From an uncultured Actinomycetes bacterium (GTDB taxonomy: Bacteria; Actinomycetota; Thermoleophilia; UBA2241): a DNA stretch of 64,000 nt. Below are positions 62,988 through 64,000 of this stretch, piece after piece. Below the pieces are notes generated by a model. It worked only from the letters and a program-made list of their open reading frames with translations. It was not told the DNA's origin and did not search any database. How positions within the stretch are numbered: the first letter of the stretch is position 1; every line of letters starts with the position of its first letter. The translations under genes and the position numbers were made by a program. The DNA lies in NCBI GenBank assembly GCA_963783865.1, contig CAWAPD010000003.1:485009-549008 (forward strand), in the 5' to 3' direction.

Positions 62988-64000
62988 GTGGAAGCGCAGG
63001 TACCGGCCCCGTCCGAGGGCCGCATCCCCACGCGCATGGGCGACGGTTCGCTGACCTTCATGACCCCGGCCGAGCTGCGCGCCGACATCGAGGACGGCAT
63101 GCAGGCGGCGGTGGCCAAGGGCAAGGTGCCGCCGCTGATCGACGCCGAGATCGACCACCTGCACGAGATCTTCACCTCGCGGGCGCGGTTCACGGCGGTC
63201 GATCTCGGCGACGAGGTCATCCTCAGCAAGGACGGCTCGGGCACGCCGCAGCTGGGCAGCCGCGTCGACGCGCTGTACGGCTGCGAGCAGGTGCTGGGGC
63301 ACGACACCTGCGAGCTGTTCCACATCGACTACTCCTACAAGGCCGTCAAGACGATCGTGCCGTTCGAGCAGCAGATCATGAAGGAGGCGCTCGAGCGCCT
63401 GACGATCCCGGTCCACTACGGCGCCCAGCCCGACCTGGGCCGTTACTCGGCGCCCGACGGACCCTGCGGCAACTGGTCCGAGCTGCTGCCCCAGGTCCGC
63501 ATCGACGAGGCCCGGGCCGCGCAGGAAGAGGCGGTCGAGCTCGCCGTCGAGGACATGGTCTACGTGGCCGAGAGCATGTGGGAGGCCGGCGCCGACGGCA
63601 TCAACTTCGACACCGCCGGCGCCGCCGGCGACGGCGACTTCCTGGCCACCCTGCTGGCGGTCGAGAAGCTGCGCGCGCGCAATCCCGAGATGGGCATCAT
63701 GGTCGGCATGGCCGGCGAGCTGCTGCTCGGCACGCACGGCCGGCTCGAGTACAAGGGCACGCGCCTCGCCGGCCTCAAGCCCGAGGGCCAGCTCAAGGTC
63801 GTCCAGGAGGCCGGGGCCACCGTGTTCGGCCCGGCCGTCAACACGAACACCAGCCGGTCGACCGCCTGGAACACGGCCCGCGCGGTCACCTACGTCAAGC
63901 CGTGCATGGACGCGGCCAGGATCCCCGTGCACATGAACGTGGGGATGGGCGTGGGCGGCGTGCCGATGTACGGCTTCTGCCCCGTCGACGCGGTGACGAG
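62988..64000 (+). CDS. mtbB: MtbB homolog copy 3, 3'-truncated by window end (the expected TAG position lies beyond 64000)
   Basis: Same conserved blocks (TRMGDGSL, YGAQPDLGRYSAPDGP, NFDTAGAAGDGD, GMAGELLLGTHGRLEYKG, FGPAVNTNTSRSTAWNTARAV, GMGVGGVPM); GGAGGTG RBS as in copies 1 and 2. Confidence 0.7.
   Translation, partial: MEAQVPAPSEGRIPTRMGDGSLTFMTPAELRADIEDGMQAAVAKGKVPPLIDAEIDHLHEIFTSRARFTAVDLGDEVILSKDGSGTPQLGSRVDALYGCEQVLGHDTCELFHIDYSYKAVKTIVPFEQQIMKEALERLTIPVHYGAQPDLGRYSAPDGPCGNWSELLPQVRIDEARAAQEEAVELAVEDMVYVAESMWEAGADGINFDTAGAAGDGDFLATLLAVEKLRARNPEMGIMVGMAGELLLGTHGRLEYKGTRLAGLKPEGQLKVVQEAGATVFGPAVNTNTSRSTAWNTARAVTYVKPCMDAARIPVHMNVGMGVGGVPMYGFCPVDAVT

Overview
This is a high-GC (about 70%) actinobacterial-type chromosomal segment, almost fully coding, with no mobile elements or CRISPR arrays. 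From the start of the window it holds a conserved cell-division phospho-signalling cluster; the chromosomal origin is not in this window. That cluster is tRNA-Leu(CAG), a Ser/Thr kinase with a polytopic membrane tail, fhaA, fhaB, pstP (PP2C phosphatase), rodA/ftsW, pbpA and pknB with four PASTA domains. Next come a CaCA antiporter and an NCS2 purine permease. These are followed by a type-IA topoisomerase/tmk/holB/yaaT block, a copZ-like gene and tRNA-Lys. A phosphatidylinositol operon follows (PAP2, CDP-alcohol phosphatidyltransferase, ino1, then a PimA-like GT4 fused to a PHP domain). Further genes include a UDG-family glycosylase, rlmD, an M32-like peptidase, yjbQ, two further PHP-domain proteins, a class-III aminotransferase behind a long leader, and a lower-GC nine-haem secreted cytochrome c. 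Then comes the heat-shock regulon (dnaK-hsp20-grpE-dnaJ-hspR-clpC-type ATPase), followed by a degenerate GGDEF-EAL protein convergent with an active diguanylate cyclase, surE, a HAD hydrolase, ligA and tRNA-Thr. The standout feature is at the 3' end: three paralogous dimethylamine methyltransferase (MtbB/Dimeth_Pyl) homologs. The two complete copies are each interrupted by a single in-frame TAG at the homologous position (after residue about 350 of about 470), with conserved MtbB sequence on both sides. This is the signature of pyrrolysine decoding and is unexpected in a high-GC actinobacterium. The three mtbB genes are interspersed with a PHP hydrolase, a D-lactate dehydrogenase and a secreted protein. 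Many long ORFs in the six-frame track are GC-driven antisense artefacts and are not reported as genes.
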